A DNA stretch of 64,000 nt, from contig NC_069008.1 of assembly GCF_001194135.2 (NCBI RefSeq), forward strand, positions 13,240,980-13,304,979. Direction: 5' to 3'. This stretch comes from Octopus bimaculoides (taxonomy: Eukaryota). The notes under the pieces are model-generated. The model saw only the letters and a list, made by a program, of their open reading frames with translations, was not told the DNA's origin and searched no databases. Both the position numbers and the translations under genes were made by a program. Every line of letters begins with the position of its first letter. The first letter of the stretch is position 1. This document shows, one piece after another, positions 1 to 11,546 of the stretch.

Positions 1-245
1 CATCATCATCGTCGTTTAACGCCCACTTTCCATGCTAGCATGGGTTGGACGATTTGACTGAGGACTGGTGAACCAGATGGCTGCACCAGGCTCCAATCTG
101 CTCTGACAGAGTTTCTACAGCTGGATGCCCTTCCTAACGCCAACCACTCAGAGAGTGTAGTGGGTGCTTTTACGTGTCACCCGCACGAAGGCCAGTCAGG
201 TGGAACTGGCAACGGCCACGCTCAAAATGGTGTATTTTATGTGCC
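1..245 (-). mobile_element. Short retroposon with RTE-type 3' tail (family B)
   Basis: (CAT)n tail then gtcgtttaacg..ctttccatgctagcatggg; the same sequence recurs at 26032, 29036 and 36346. Confidence 0.8.
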
Positions 246-1113
246 AAAAATCCTTTAAAATTGAAAAAATTGAAGGCTGCCTATGTGACACAAACCCACA
301 TCTCCTGTAAATATGGCAGGCATTCTACAGGGAACCTTCAAGTTTCTTCTATCTGAAAGGGTTTTCCAGCCAAATATCTTATATGCTGTTATTTATAGCT
401 TTATGTGCAGCAAGTTCCATTGTTCCCCGCTCCAAAAATGTTACATTCTCTGCAAAGTTTGTAAAATTGTCATGACATTGACATCTTTACATTTTCAGCA
501 TCTTCTGTTGTTTTTCTGTACTTTCAGAATATTGAAGAACATTGGTATGAAAGAACTGTTTCCACCAGATTGATCATCAATATTTATGAAGACTAAAAGG
601 AGACATTACCCAGATCATACATAATTATGTTTTGGTAAATCTGTTAGAATCACTGTGAAATATTTCTTTGGAACTGAGATTAATGGCAACATTTCTCATC
701 TTCATTGTCTGAAATATGTCCAATATGATTTTATGTTCTGTTTAACAACAGATATCGTCAATTACTATTCCAAGAGGTTTTGCATTGTTATGGACAGCAT
801 CAAAGGAAAAATGAACAGTTATTATAGTTTTTGTACTTATTTAAAGTGGAAATAAGTATAAAAATTACCCTTAAGAAAAGAGATGTATTTTGTTTTTACC
901 AGTTTGGTACATACGTGCACGCAACCCTTTCCTGCTGTATAAGGGATAAACTTGGACAAATTAAAAAAAGTATCTATAGAACCTTGAAATATTTATGTTT
1001 ACAGTTGATGGAAACCAAAAGGCAGAAATATTTGTAAAGAAAAATGTCTGCATAAAGAAAAATAATGGAGAAATGATTCATGTGAGAAACTTGGAGTGAT
1101 TTCTCTTGAAGAC

Positions 1114-2595
1114 ATGCTGAAAGGAATAGGAAAGTCATTGTTTAATTGCGATATCTGTGAAAAGTCCTTCTCTCTAAAACACAGCCTCAGTATTCACAAA
1201 TGTATTCATACAGGAGAAAAACGCTACCAGTGTGATATCTGTAGTCAATCATTCATGCAGAGTGGTAACTTGATTATACACAAACGCATTCACACAGGTG
1301 AGACGCCATATCAGTGTGATATCTGTGGTAAATCCTTCTCTCACAATGGTAGCTTAGTTGCACACAAATATACTCATACAGGTGAGAAGCCATATAGGTG
1401 TGATATCTGTGGTAAATCATTCTCTTACAATACTAGCTTAATTACACACAAGCATGTTCACACAGGAGAGAAGCCATATAAGTGTGATATCTGCAGTAAA
1501 TCATTCAGTCAAAATAGTAGTGTGATTATACACAAGCGCATTCACACAGGGGAGAAGCCATACCGTTGTGATGTTTGTAATAAAGCATTCACTCGAAATG
1601 ATTACTTGATTAAACACAAAAGCATTCACACAAGAGAGACACCATATAATTGTAATATTTGTGATAAATCATTCCTTGACAGGGGCAGCTTAACTGTACA
1701 TAAACGCATTCATGCAGGTGAAAGACCACATCGGTGTGACATCTGTGGTAAATCATTCTCTCGGAATAGTAATTTAATTACACACATGCGTATTCACACA
1801 GGAGAAAAGCCGTATCGTTGCGATATCTGTGGTAAATCATTCCCTCATAGAATCAGTTTAACGGTACACATACGCAATCATAAAGAAGAGAAGCCCTATC
1901 GATGCGAGATCTGTGGTAAATCATTTGCTCTAAATTACCACTTAACTTATCACAAACGTATTCATACAGGAGAAAAGCCATATCGTTGTGATATCTGTGG
2001 TAGATCATTCACTGGTAGTAGTGACTTAAATAAGCACAAACGCATTCATACAGGGGAAAGACCATACCGCTGTGATATCTGTGGTAAATCATACTCTCAA
2101 GTAAGTACCTTGACTAATCACAAACAAATTCATACAGGAAGGAAGCCATGTCAATGTGATATCTCTAATAAAGAATTCTCTGAAAATGATCACTCGATTA
2201 AACGCAAATGCATTCACACAAGAGAAAAATCATATCGTTGTGACATCTGTGGTAAATCGTTTCCTCAGAATGGTAACTTAATTGCGCACAAACGTGTTCA
2301 TACAGGAGAGAAACCGTACCGCTGTAACATTTGTGGTCAGTCATTCACTCAGACTGGTAATTTAATTACACACCAGCTCGTTCACACAGGGGAGACCCCA
2401 TTCCAGTGTGATATCTGTCATAAGGCATTCTCTCGAAAGTTTTTCTTGATAAAACACAAAATAAGCCATGTGAGACAAACATTGTATCATTGTAACATCT
2501 GTAGTAAGTTGTTTCCTGATGGGGAGAGCTTAACTGCACATAAACAAGTTCATACAGGAGAGAAAACCTCCCAGTGTAATATCTGTGATCAGTAA
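1114..2595 (+). CDS. C2H2 zinc-finger protein A: 17 fingers (finger 13 degenerate) plus a truncated 18th
   Basis: Repeated CxxC-x12-HxxxH with TGEKPY linkers. First in-frame ATG is 1114 (MLKGIGK); the ORF-track start at 1096 is GTG. Putative 5'UTR acceptor ctgtactttcag ends at 527. Confidence 0.9.
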   Translation: MLKGIGKSLFNCDICEKSFSLKHSLSIHKCIHTGEKRYQCDICSQSFMQSGNLIIHKRIHTGETPYQCDICGKSFSHNGSLVAHKYTHTGEKPYRCDICGKSFSYNTSLITHKHVHTGEKPYKCDICSKSFSQNSSVIIHKRIHTGEKPYRCDVCNKAFTRNDYLIKHKSIHTRETPYNCNICDKSFLDRGSLTVHKRIHAGERPHRCDICGKSFSRNSNLITHMRIHTGEKPYRCDICGKSFPHRISLTVHIRNHKEEKPYRCEICGKSFALNYHLTYHKRIHTGEKPYRCDICGRSFTGSSDLNKHKRIHTGERPYRCDICGKSYSQVSTLTNHKQIHTGRKPCQCDISNKEFSENDHSIKRKCIHTREKSYRCDICGKSFPQNGNLIAHKRVHTGEKPYRCNICGQSFTQTGNLITHQLVHTGETPFQCDICHKAFSRKFFLIKHKISHVRQTLYHCNICSKLFPDGESLTAHKQVHTGEKTSQCNICDQ

Positions 2596-3110
2596 TTTCC
2601 TCAAAATAGTAATTTAATTACACACAAATGCATTCATGCAGAAGAAAAGCCATTCCAATGTGATATTTGTGATAGAACATTCTCTTGAAAGGATTTCTTG
2701 ATTAGACACAAAGGCATTCATGCAAGAAAAATAGTGTATTGTTGTGATATCTTTGGTAAGTCATTCTGTTGTAGGGGAAGCTTAACTATACATAAATACG
2801 TTCACACAGGAAAGAAACCATATCACTGTGACATCTGTGGTAAATCATTCTCTTATAGTTGTAACTTAATTACACACAAGCGTATTCATACAGGAGAGAA
2901 ACCATACCGCTGTGTTATTTGTGGTAAAGCGTTCTTTCACAATAGTAACTTAATTAGACACAAACACGTTCACACAGGAGAGAGGCCACATCACTGACAT
3001 GTGTGGTAAATCATTCCCTGTTAAAGTAACTTAACTGCACACAAGCGCATTCATTCAAGTAAAAAAAACCATATCAGTGTGTTATTTGAGATAAGTCTTT
3101 CTCTCAGAAC
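2596..3110 (+). pseudogene. Decayed continuation of the ZNF A array (about 6 further fingers)
   Basis: Finger repeats continue in frame past TAA 2593, with another stop (TGA near 2686), a Cys>Phe change and a frameshift near 2997. Confidence 0.85.
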
Positions 3111-3125
3111 AGTAAGTTAATTATT

Positions 3126-3494
3126 GTTGTTGGCACTCCGTCGCTTACGACATCGAGGGTTCCAGTCGATCCGATCAACGGAACAGCCTGCTCGTGAAAT
3201 TAACGTGCAAGTGGCTGAGCACTCCACAGACATGTGTACCCTTTACGTAGTTCTCAGGGGTATTCAGTATGACACAGTGTGACAAGGCTGACCCTTTGAA
3301 TTCCAGGCACAACAGAAACAGGAAGTAAGAGTGAGAGAAAGTTGTGGTGAAAGAGTACAGCAGGGTTTGCCACCATCCCCTGTCGGAGCCTTGTGGAGCT
3401 TTAAGTGTTTTCGCTCAATAAACACTCACAACACCTGGTCTGGGAATCATGACCGCGAATCCGCTGCCCTAACCACTGGGCCATTGCGCCTCCA
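3126..3494 (-). mobile_element. tRNA-derived SINE, family A
   Basis: Head ggaggcgcaatggcccagtggttagggcagcgg..., tail ...gacggagtgccaacaacaa; matches copies at 4968, 13542 and 52621. Confidence 0.9.
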
Positions 3495-4967
3495 CCACAG
3501 TGAAAGTGAGCTGGGTTCATAGCCCGGAGTTCTGTGGACTGAAAGTATGCTCTGAGACATGGATTGTTTTTGACATTGTTATACACTATAACTGAATTGT
3601 CTACAAATATGCCAATTATATACATGTATATATACCTCCAAAAATAGGTTGAAATTATATTACGCAGTAGAAATGTATACAATATTGACTGTCACTATAT
3701 TGGTGAGAACTGTGATATTGAGCAAACATGTAACTAGCTATCAGCTAAAAACTGAGGAAAATGAAGCTGGTGATGTTTGGGAAAATTTTTGATAAAAATA
3801 AATTTCAGAAGTTCTTCATCAGTGTTTGTTTGTTTTTGTTTTGTTTTTTCCTTTTCATTGCAAATTTTAAAAATTTCTTTGTATTAAGCTAAAACATTTC
3901 TGTTTTATTTTTAGTATTATTAGAACGAAAAATATAAAGATAAATGAAATTAATTATAATAACAGAGGTGTTACCTGGAAAAATGGATTAGAAGGAAAAA
4001 TGCTGATGCAAAGTAATAGTATATTATGTATTGAACCTGGAAAATAACGGAAAAAATAGTAAATGAACCTGGAAAAGTACAGGACAAAAGGTAAAAAAGT
4101 AAAAATATTCCTGTTCAAGTAAGAATAAAAAAAAACAAACAAAATGGTAATAAATACCCTTCTATGNNNNNNNNNNNNNNNNNNNNNNNNNNNNNNNNNN
4201 NNNNNNNNNNNNNNNNNNNNNNNNNNNNNNNNNNNNNNNNNNNNNNNNNNNNNNNNNNNNNNNNNNNNNNNNNNNNNNNNNNNNNNNNNNNNNNNNNNNN
4301 NNNNNNNNNNNNNNNNNNNNNNNNNNNNNNNNNNNNNNNNNNNNNNNNNNNNNNNNNNNNNNNNNNNNNNNNNNNNNNNNNNNNNNNNNNNNNNNNNNNN
4401 NNNNNNNNNNNNNNNNNNNNNNNNNNNNNNNNNNNNNNNNNNNNNNNNNNNNNNNNNNNNNNNNNNNNNNNNNNNNNNNNNNNNNNNNNNNNNNNNNNNN
4501 NNNNNNNNNNNNNNNNNNNNNNNNNNNNNNNNNNNNNNNNNNNNNNNNNNNNNNNNNNNNNNNNNNNNNNNNNNNNNNNNNNNNNNNNNNNNNNNNNNNN
4601 NNNNNNNNNNNNNNNNNNNNNNNNNNNNNNNNNNNNNNNNNNNNNNNNNNNNNNNNNNNNNNNNNNNNNNNNNNNNNNNNNNNNNNNNNNNNNNNNNNNN
4701 NNNNNNNNNNNNNNNNNNNNNNNNNNNNNNNNNNNNNNNNNNNNNNNNNNNNNNNNNNNNNNNNNNNNNNNNNNNNNNNNNNNNNNNNNNNNNNNNNNNN
4801 NNNNNNNNNNNNNNNNNNNNNNNNNNNNNNNNNNNNNNNNNNNNNNNNNNNNNNNNNNNNNNNNNNNNNNNNNNNNNNNNNNNNNNNNNNNNNNNNNNNN
4901 NNNNNNNNNNNNNNNNNNNNNNNNNNNNNNNNNNNNNNNNNNNNNNNNNNNNNNNNNNNNNNNNNNN

Positions 4968-5345
4968 CAGTGGTTAGGGCAGCGGACTCGCGGTCATAGG
5001 ATCGCAGTTTCGATTCCCAGACTAGGCGTTGTGAGTGTTTATTGAGCGAAAACACCTAAAGCTCCACGAGGCTCCGGCAGGGGATGGTGGCGAACCCTGT
5101 ACTTTTCCACCACAACTTTCTCTCACTCTTACTTCCTGTTTCTGTTGTGCCTGTAATTCAAAGGGTCAGCCTTGTCACACTGTGTCACGCTGAATATTCC
5201 CGAGAACTACGTTAAGGGTACACGTGTCTGTGGAGTGCTCAGCCACTTGCACGTTAATTTCACAAGCAGGCTGTTCCGTTGATCGGATCAACTGGAACCC
5301 TCGACGTCGTAAGCGACGGAAGTGCCAACAAACAACAAAAACAAG
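4968..5345 (+). mobile_element. SINE family A (5' end in gap)
   Basis: Near-identical to 52621-53018; (CAA)n tail. Confidence 0.9.
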
Positions 5346-7059
5346 TATGTGAATACATATTTTGAGTATGTCCTTATACACCCGTGTTATACCCTCATAC
5401 AAGTGCCATGATGAGTGTTGTATACAATTAAAGGTACTTCATATATGAATATTTAGACATATACCATAAACCACCTTGCCCAGACTTGTGACTTGGAGGG
5501 TAACTGTTTAGGTGCAATCTCATGGTCTTTACCCTTTAATACACATATACACCCACACACATATAACTTACCACATTCTGATCAGAAAAAATTAAAAAAA
5601 TTTGCAATTCAGTTCAACAGAATTTTTGACACTTGGCCCCACTGAACCCCGTTCTTGACCCCAATATAGACATATATATAAGAAGAGTCTTTAAGAGAAA
5701 CGATCAAACATGTTCTTAACTATGTGCAGAATATGAGAACAAACTGTTTGAAATTCCTATTTTTCCTAATCCTTCACTTTGAATTATTAATATTTAATAA
5801 AATGGACATTAAAACTGGTAATCTATACTATAAAAGGCAAATCTACTCTGTGTGTGTGTGTGTATGTTTAAAATTCATACATTTACACAATTCAAAATTT
5901 CTTCGATTAAACAATCGCAATTAATATTCTAAATACAATAAGTTAGGTCACTGTGTCATTTTTTCACCCCAAAAATTTCATAATAATGAATAAAATCCGT
6001 AAAACTACAGGAGTAAACATTTTCTCCCTAATAAAATCTAATTGCCTCTTTCTAATACAAATCCTTTCAACTCCTACTTCCTCTGATGAACCTTTACGAA
6101 AAATCAAACAACAAATACAAAAAGAAAGGAAGGAGAAAAAGAAAATTATCAAAACTGAAACAATCACATTTCGATACTGTAATGNNNNNNNNNNNNNNNN
6201 NNNNNNNNNNNNNNNNNNNNNNNNNNNNNNNNNNNNNNNNNNNNNNNNNNNNNNNNNNNNNNNNNNNNNNNNNNNNNNNNNNNNNNNNNNNNNNNNNNNN
6301 NNNNNNNNNNNNNNNNNNNNNNNNNNNNNNNNNNNNNNNNNNNNNNNNNNNNNNNNNNNNNNNNNNNNNNNNNNNNNNNNNNNNNNNNNNNNNNNNNNNN
6401 NNNNNNNNNNNNNNNNNNNNNNNNNNNNNNNNNNNNNNNNNNNNNNNNNNNNNNNNNNNNNNNNNNNNNNNNNNNNNNNNNNNNNNNNNNNNNNNNNNNN
6501 NNNNNNNNNNNNNNNNNNNNNNNNNNNNNNNNNNNNNNNNNNNNNNNNNNNNNNNNNNNNNNNNNNNNNNNNNNNNNNNNNNNNNNNNNNNNNNNNNNNN
6601 NNNNNNNNNNNNNNNNNNNNNNNNNNNNNNNNNNNNNNNNNNNNNNNNNNNNNNNNNNNNNNNNNNNNNNNNNNNNNNNNNNNNNNNNNNNNNNNNNNNN
6701 NNNNNNNNNNNNNNNNNNNNNNNNNNNNNNNNNNNNNNNNNNNNNNNNNNNNNNNNNNNNNNNNNNNNNNNNNNNNNNNNNNNNNNNNNNNNNNNNNNNN
6801 NNNNNNNNNNNNNNNNNNNNNNNNNNNNNNNNNNNNNNNNNNNNNNNNNNNNNNNNNNNNNNNNNNNNNNNNNNNNNNNNNNNNNNNNNNNNNNNNNNNN
6901 NNNNNNNNNNNNNNNNNNNNNNNNNNNNNNNNNNNNNNNNNNNNNNNNNNNNNNNNNNNNNNNNNNNNNNNNNNNNNNNNNNNNNNNNNNNNNNNNNNNN
7001 NNNNNNNNNNNNNNNNNNNNNNNNNNNNNNNNNNNNNNNNNNNNNNNNNNNNNNNNNNN

Positions 7060-7156
7060 TTCAGATTAACACCCGCACGATTTTCACTAGGGTGTTAGGG
7101 TTACGGTTTTAGGGTTACGTAATCGTGCGGGTGTTAATCTGAAAAATCACCGAAAT
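7060..7156. mobile_element. Palindromic MITE with telomere-like (TTAGGG-type) core
   Basis: 22-bp perfect inverted repeat tcagattaacacccgcacgatt / aatcgtgcgggtgttaatctga around ttagggttacggttttagggttacg; related copies at 23044 and 25562. Confidence 0.7.
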
Positions 7157-7696
7157 GTGAAAACTACCGACCCTCCCATCTGTTATAACTTTTGTTGTTC
7201 TGTTTAATATGTACATAGATTATGCCTCCAAAGAAGAGAGGTTGCTGGCGAAAGAAAGAAACCGGTTTAAAAAGACAGCAACAGACTGCAGCAATTCACC
7301 ACGTTCCAGAAGTTACTTTGAACATAATGCAAAACGGTGCATCATCATCTACTGCCCAATCTGATAGAATTCTGGCAGAACTGTGTAGCAACAGATCGCC
7401 AGCAATTGCTTCATCACGAATTGCCGTCCTAGCTGCTCCTGCGAAAAGGAATTACCTTGCTATGTATAATCAAGGCAGCGCAAAAAGTTGTTTTGCACAA
7501 GCATTTGTATAGCCAATTAGACGGATGAAATTTACGTACACTTAATAATGTTACACAAAACAGCCTTCAGACTTTCCCTATTAATTTCGTCTTTTGAATT
7601 ATGAACATATTTACATCATAAGGGTTTTTTCATTGTAAGGCTTTCTTTTTTAGTTGATTTTCACCTACGATAACGTAGATGGCGTAATAAATCACA

Positions 7697-7725
7697 CCCG
7701 GACAACGTCGGGTTATACTGCTAGT
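7697..7725 (+). mobile_element. Helitron 3' terminus
   Basis: GC-rich hairpin cccggacaacgtcggg, 8 nt spacer, then CTAG|T, the canonical Helitron end architecture. Confidence 0.7.
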
Positions 7726-9675
7726 ATTTTATAAAAGTCACTTAGTGTAACAAATATAAAAATATGTATTCTTTATGATTAAAGGTNNNNNNNNNNNNNN
7801 NNNNNNNNNNNNNNNNNNNNNNNNNNNNNNNNNNNNNNNNNNNNNNNNNNNNNNNNNNNNNNNNNNNNNNNNNNNNNNNNNNNNNNNNNNNNNNNNNNNN
7901 NNNNNNNNNNNNNNNNNNNNNNNNNNNNNNNNNNNNNNNNNNNNNNNNNNNNNNNNNNNNAAATGATGAAAGGTAAAGTTGACCTAGGCGGAATTTGAAC
8001 TCAGAACATAAGGACAGATTAAATACTCCTGAGCGTTTTGCCTGGCATGTTAATGATTCTACCAACTCACTGCCTTTTTGATAATAATAATAATAATCCA
8101 TTCTATTATAGGCACAAAGTCTGAAATTTTGGGACAGGGGCAAGCCGATTTGATCGACTACAGTATGTAACTGGTACTTAATTTATCAACCCCGAAAGGA
8201 TGAAAGGCAAAGTTGACCTCAGCGTTAAGGGTACACGTGTCTGTGGAGTGCTCAGCCACTTACACGTTAATTTCACGAGCAGGCTGTTCCGTTGATCGGA
8301 TCAACAGGAACCCTCGACGTCGTAAGTGACGGAGTACCACGATATATTTACGACTAATAATGTTGAAACAGCTTTATAAAACGATGAGAACATCTGATAC
8401 AAAGATATCAGTCAGTAGAACCATCTATCGGATAACTGAGGAAAATATATCACATGCAAGGGGGAACAACTCGCATTTACTTGTCAAGCTTGGCTCTGGA
8501 AGTGAATCGGATTTCTGCAATCCACGCTTTTCTGAGGATGGCCGAAAAGAAACTGTGAAAAGGAAAGAACTAAAGCGTACTTCTTCACAGCAGTACACTT
8601 GTACAGCAAGAGCGTTAAAATAGATCATACTGTCCCGTGTATATAATATAATGTTTATAGGGTTAAAATGAAGAAAAGTAAAGAACACGATTTTATTTTA
8701 ACTGATACAGGAACAAGTTATTACAATTCTAAAGCGGAACATGTTTAATCATTTTCACATCTCTTATACTAATTAACCAACTTAAAATTGATATTGCACA
8801 GTATTGTCGGAATTTTCGAAGCCGAGTAAGAGGCCCGGTACTGTATACATATGTGGATATTTTTATAAGGGACACCGACTCGGAGTTTATATATGAGAGA
8901 GTTAAGTTGATAATGATTTTCTTTAAAGATGCAACAATACTTGTAAAAATTAGACCAATGTGACGATATTTAGAGTATTGTATCACTGTAACCATTGTAT
9001 AGACTAGACTATCGAATGTTGTTATAGAAGAGTCTCCTGTCATAAACGAAAGGTGAGTGTTGAGTAATTTCTTACTGAACAACCAGCGCACATGATTTGT
9101 TTCTAGCGAACAAATGTTTGTACTTTTTATTAGCTCACTCCCTCGACCAAATCGGCATTTCCTTTACAGGTGCAAAGTGTGCCACATGCCAGATATGGAG
9201 GTGATCGAAGACCCAACGTCAAATAAATTGTTTTGCTATAGAAATGAAGTGTTTCGAGCAACAAGTCTGGTGTATAAGCATTGTTTAAGCTTTGGAATGA
9301 TGTCACCCTATCTGCTTAGGAGGTCTGATGAATACCCTCCCTGGACAGAAACAGCAATCTGTGGCGGAGTTACCCCTTTACAGCCGAACGGATTGAAGCA
9401 ACGTGGGCACTATCATGCTATTAGCTGTCAGAAGTGACCGCAACGTGAAATGAAATGTTTTGCTCAACAGCACTACGAATTGCCCTGTAAGGGAATCGAA
9501 AACACGATTTTCCGATCGTGGGTATAACTTTCTAACCACTAGACTACGCAGTTTCACTGATTGTACATATGAATGTGACAGATTAAAAAGAAGCTGCTCT
9601 AGCTGAAATCGATTGGTAAACGTTCACTTTTAATCGCCAGATTTCGGCTTTAGTCAGCTATAAATGTAGGCAAGA

Positions 9676-9910
9676 AGGCAGCGAGCTGGCAGAGTGGTTA
9701 GCACGTCGGGCGAAATGCTCAGCGGTATTTCATCTTCCGTTACGTTCTGAGTTCAATTTCCGCCGAGGTCGACTTTGCCTTTCATCCTTTCGGGGTCGAT
9801 AAATTAAGTACCAGTTACGCACTGGGATCGGTGTAGTCGACTTAATCCCTTTGTCTGTCCTTGTTTGTCCCCTCTATGTTTAGTCCTTTGTGGGTAATAA
9901 ATAAATAAGT
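9676..9910 (+). mobile_element. tRNA-derived SINE, family D
   Basis: ggcagcgagctggcagagtggttagc...gttcaatttccgccgaggtcgactttgcc; many partial copies (7960-8225, 14760-14950, 50745-50885, 51225-51420, 59470-60130). Confidence 0.85.
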
Positions 9911-10042
9911 AAATGTAGGCAGGCGTCCTATATAATTAATAGGAATGCTTAAAGTTAGTTCTTCTGAATGGAGTGCAAGCCGGTCACTAACGAAATGGGA
10001 AGTAACATTCTGAGCTAAGACAGTTCCCGGAGTTTGTAAATA

Positions 10043-10342
10043 TGTGGTTGTGAGTGTTTATTGAGCGAAAACACCTAAAGCTCCACGAGGCTCCGGTAGG
10101 GGATGGTGGTGAACCCTGCTGTACTCTTTCACCACAATTTTCTCTCACTCTTACTTCCTGTTTCTGTTGTGCCTGTAATTCAAAGGGGCCAGCCTTGTCA
10201 TGCTGAATATTCCCGAGAACTACGTTAAGGGTACACGTGTCTGTGGAGTGCTCAGCCACTTGCACGTTAATTTCACGAGCAGGCTGTTCCATTGATCGGA
10301 TCAACTGGAACCCTCGACATCGTAAGCGACGGAGTGCCAACA
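10043..10342 (+). mobile_element. SINE family A, 5'-truncated
   Basis: Matches the body and tail of 52621-53018. Confidence 0.85.
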
Positions 10343-11546
10343 CATATTATCAGCGTGTGTGGATGTGTGGGTGCGCAGGCGTGCATGTATCTATGTATGT
10401 GTGAGTACATGTGTGTGTGTCACCCGTCACCGCTTGACAACCGGCTTTAGTTTATGTACCCTTAATCAAGCTGTACAGCAAAAAGAAAAGAAAAAAAGAC
10501 CAATATAATAAGTCCCAAGCTTTAAAAAATATAAGTCCTTGGGTTGATTTGTTTCTCAAAGCCCGTTAAACGTTCCCAGTCTAATGACTGACAGTAGGAA
10601 AAGATAAAAGATTCCATGTTTGCATACTGTATACTTCAGCTTCAGAATTTGTTGATATTTCGATTCTATGATGAATATATGCAGCAATGAAAATTGATCC
10701 AACAGTAATGTGTATACTGTTTCTCTGTTATTTCAGAAAACCAGATGAGACTGGAATTAAAGAATTTTGTTTACCTTGGATGCATCAACGATATTTGATA
10801 TCTATTAAATAACGAATGTGTATTTATACAGAACACATACAACCCTGCTTACGTAAGTTAATGGGATAATCGCTGTGAAATATTTCTGTGATTGCTTAGC
10901 CTTTACTAGTAACGTTAAGAAGTGTACAAGATTATTTTATTTTTTCTTCGAACTTTTGATGACAAAACTATTTGCAACAGTTTCAGACCAAAGTCCATAG
11001 AACTATGGCAGAAGAAAGGCTTTGTATGGAATGAACTCAAAAGGAAAAACATTTAGTGCGGGTATAGCTGTGTAGTTAAAAAGCTTGCTCTGCAACTATG
11101 TAATTTCAGGTTCAGTCCCACTGCACAGCACCTTGGGCAAGTCACTTCTACTATAGCTCTGGGTCCACAGTATCTTGTGATTAAACTTGGCAGATGAAAG
11201 CTGAGTAGAAGTCTGAAATATTGATATCTATATATGTGTGTCTTTATGTCTATATTTATTTCCCAGGGCTTGATAACTGTTGTTGGCCTGTTTCTTAAAT
11301 GTAAATTTCCATTGTGGCAAAAGAAATTGATAGAATGAGTACTGGGGTCAGTCTGTTTCATAAAAACTGTGCAAAGCAGTGTCCCAGCATGGCCACACTC
11401 CAGTGACTGAAACAACTTAACAATAAAAGTGAAAGAGACTGCGGTTAGAGAAGGAAAGTTATAGGAAATTGTGTGAGAACAACATTAATGTAAAACACCA
11501 TTTAAAATGACGGATTTTACTGGTGAGATGTCTGAAGATATAGAAA

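Noticed and set aside
4144-7098. Long ORFs spanning N runs (also about 37200, 44330, 48300, 57000, 59100, 61300, 63300)
   Set aside because: Artefacts of translating assembly gaps
9325-9365. CTGATGA...GAAACAG hammerhead-like string
   Set aside because: No credible stem I or II, and the triplet would be GUG; it lies within an old SINE body
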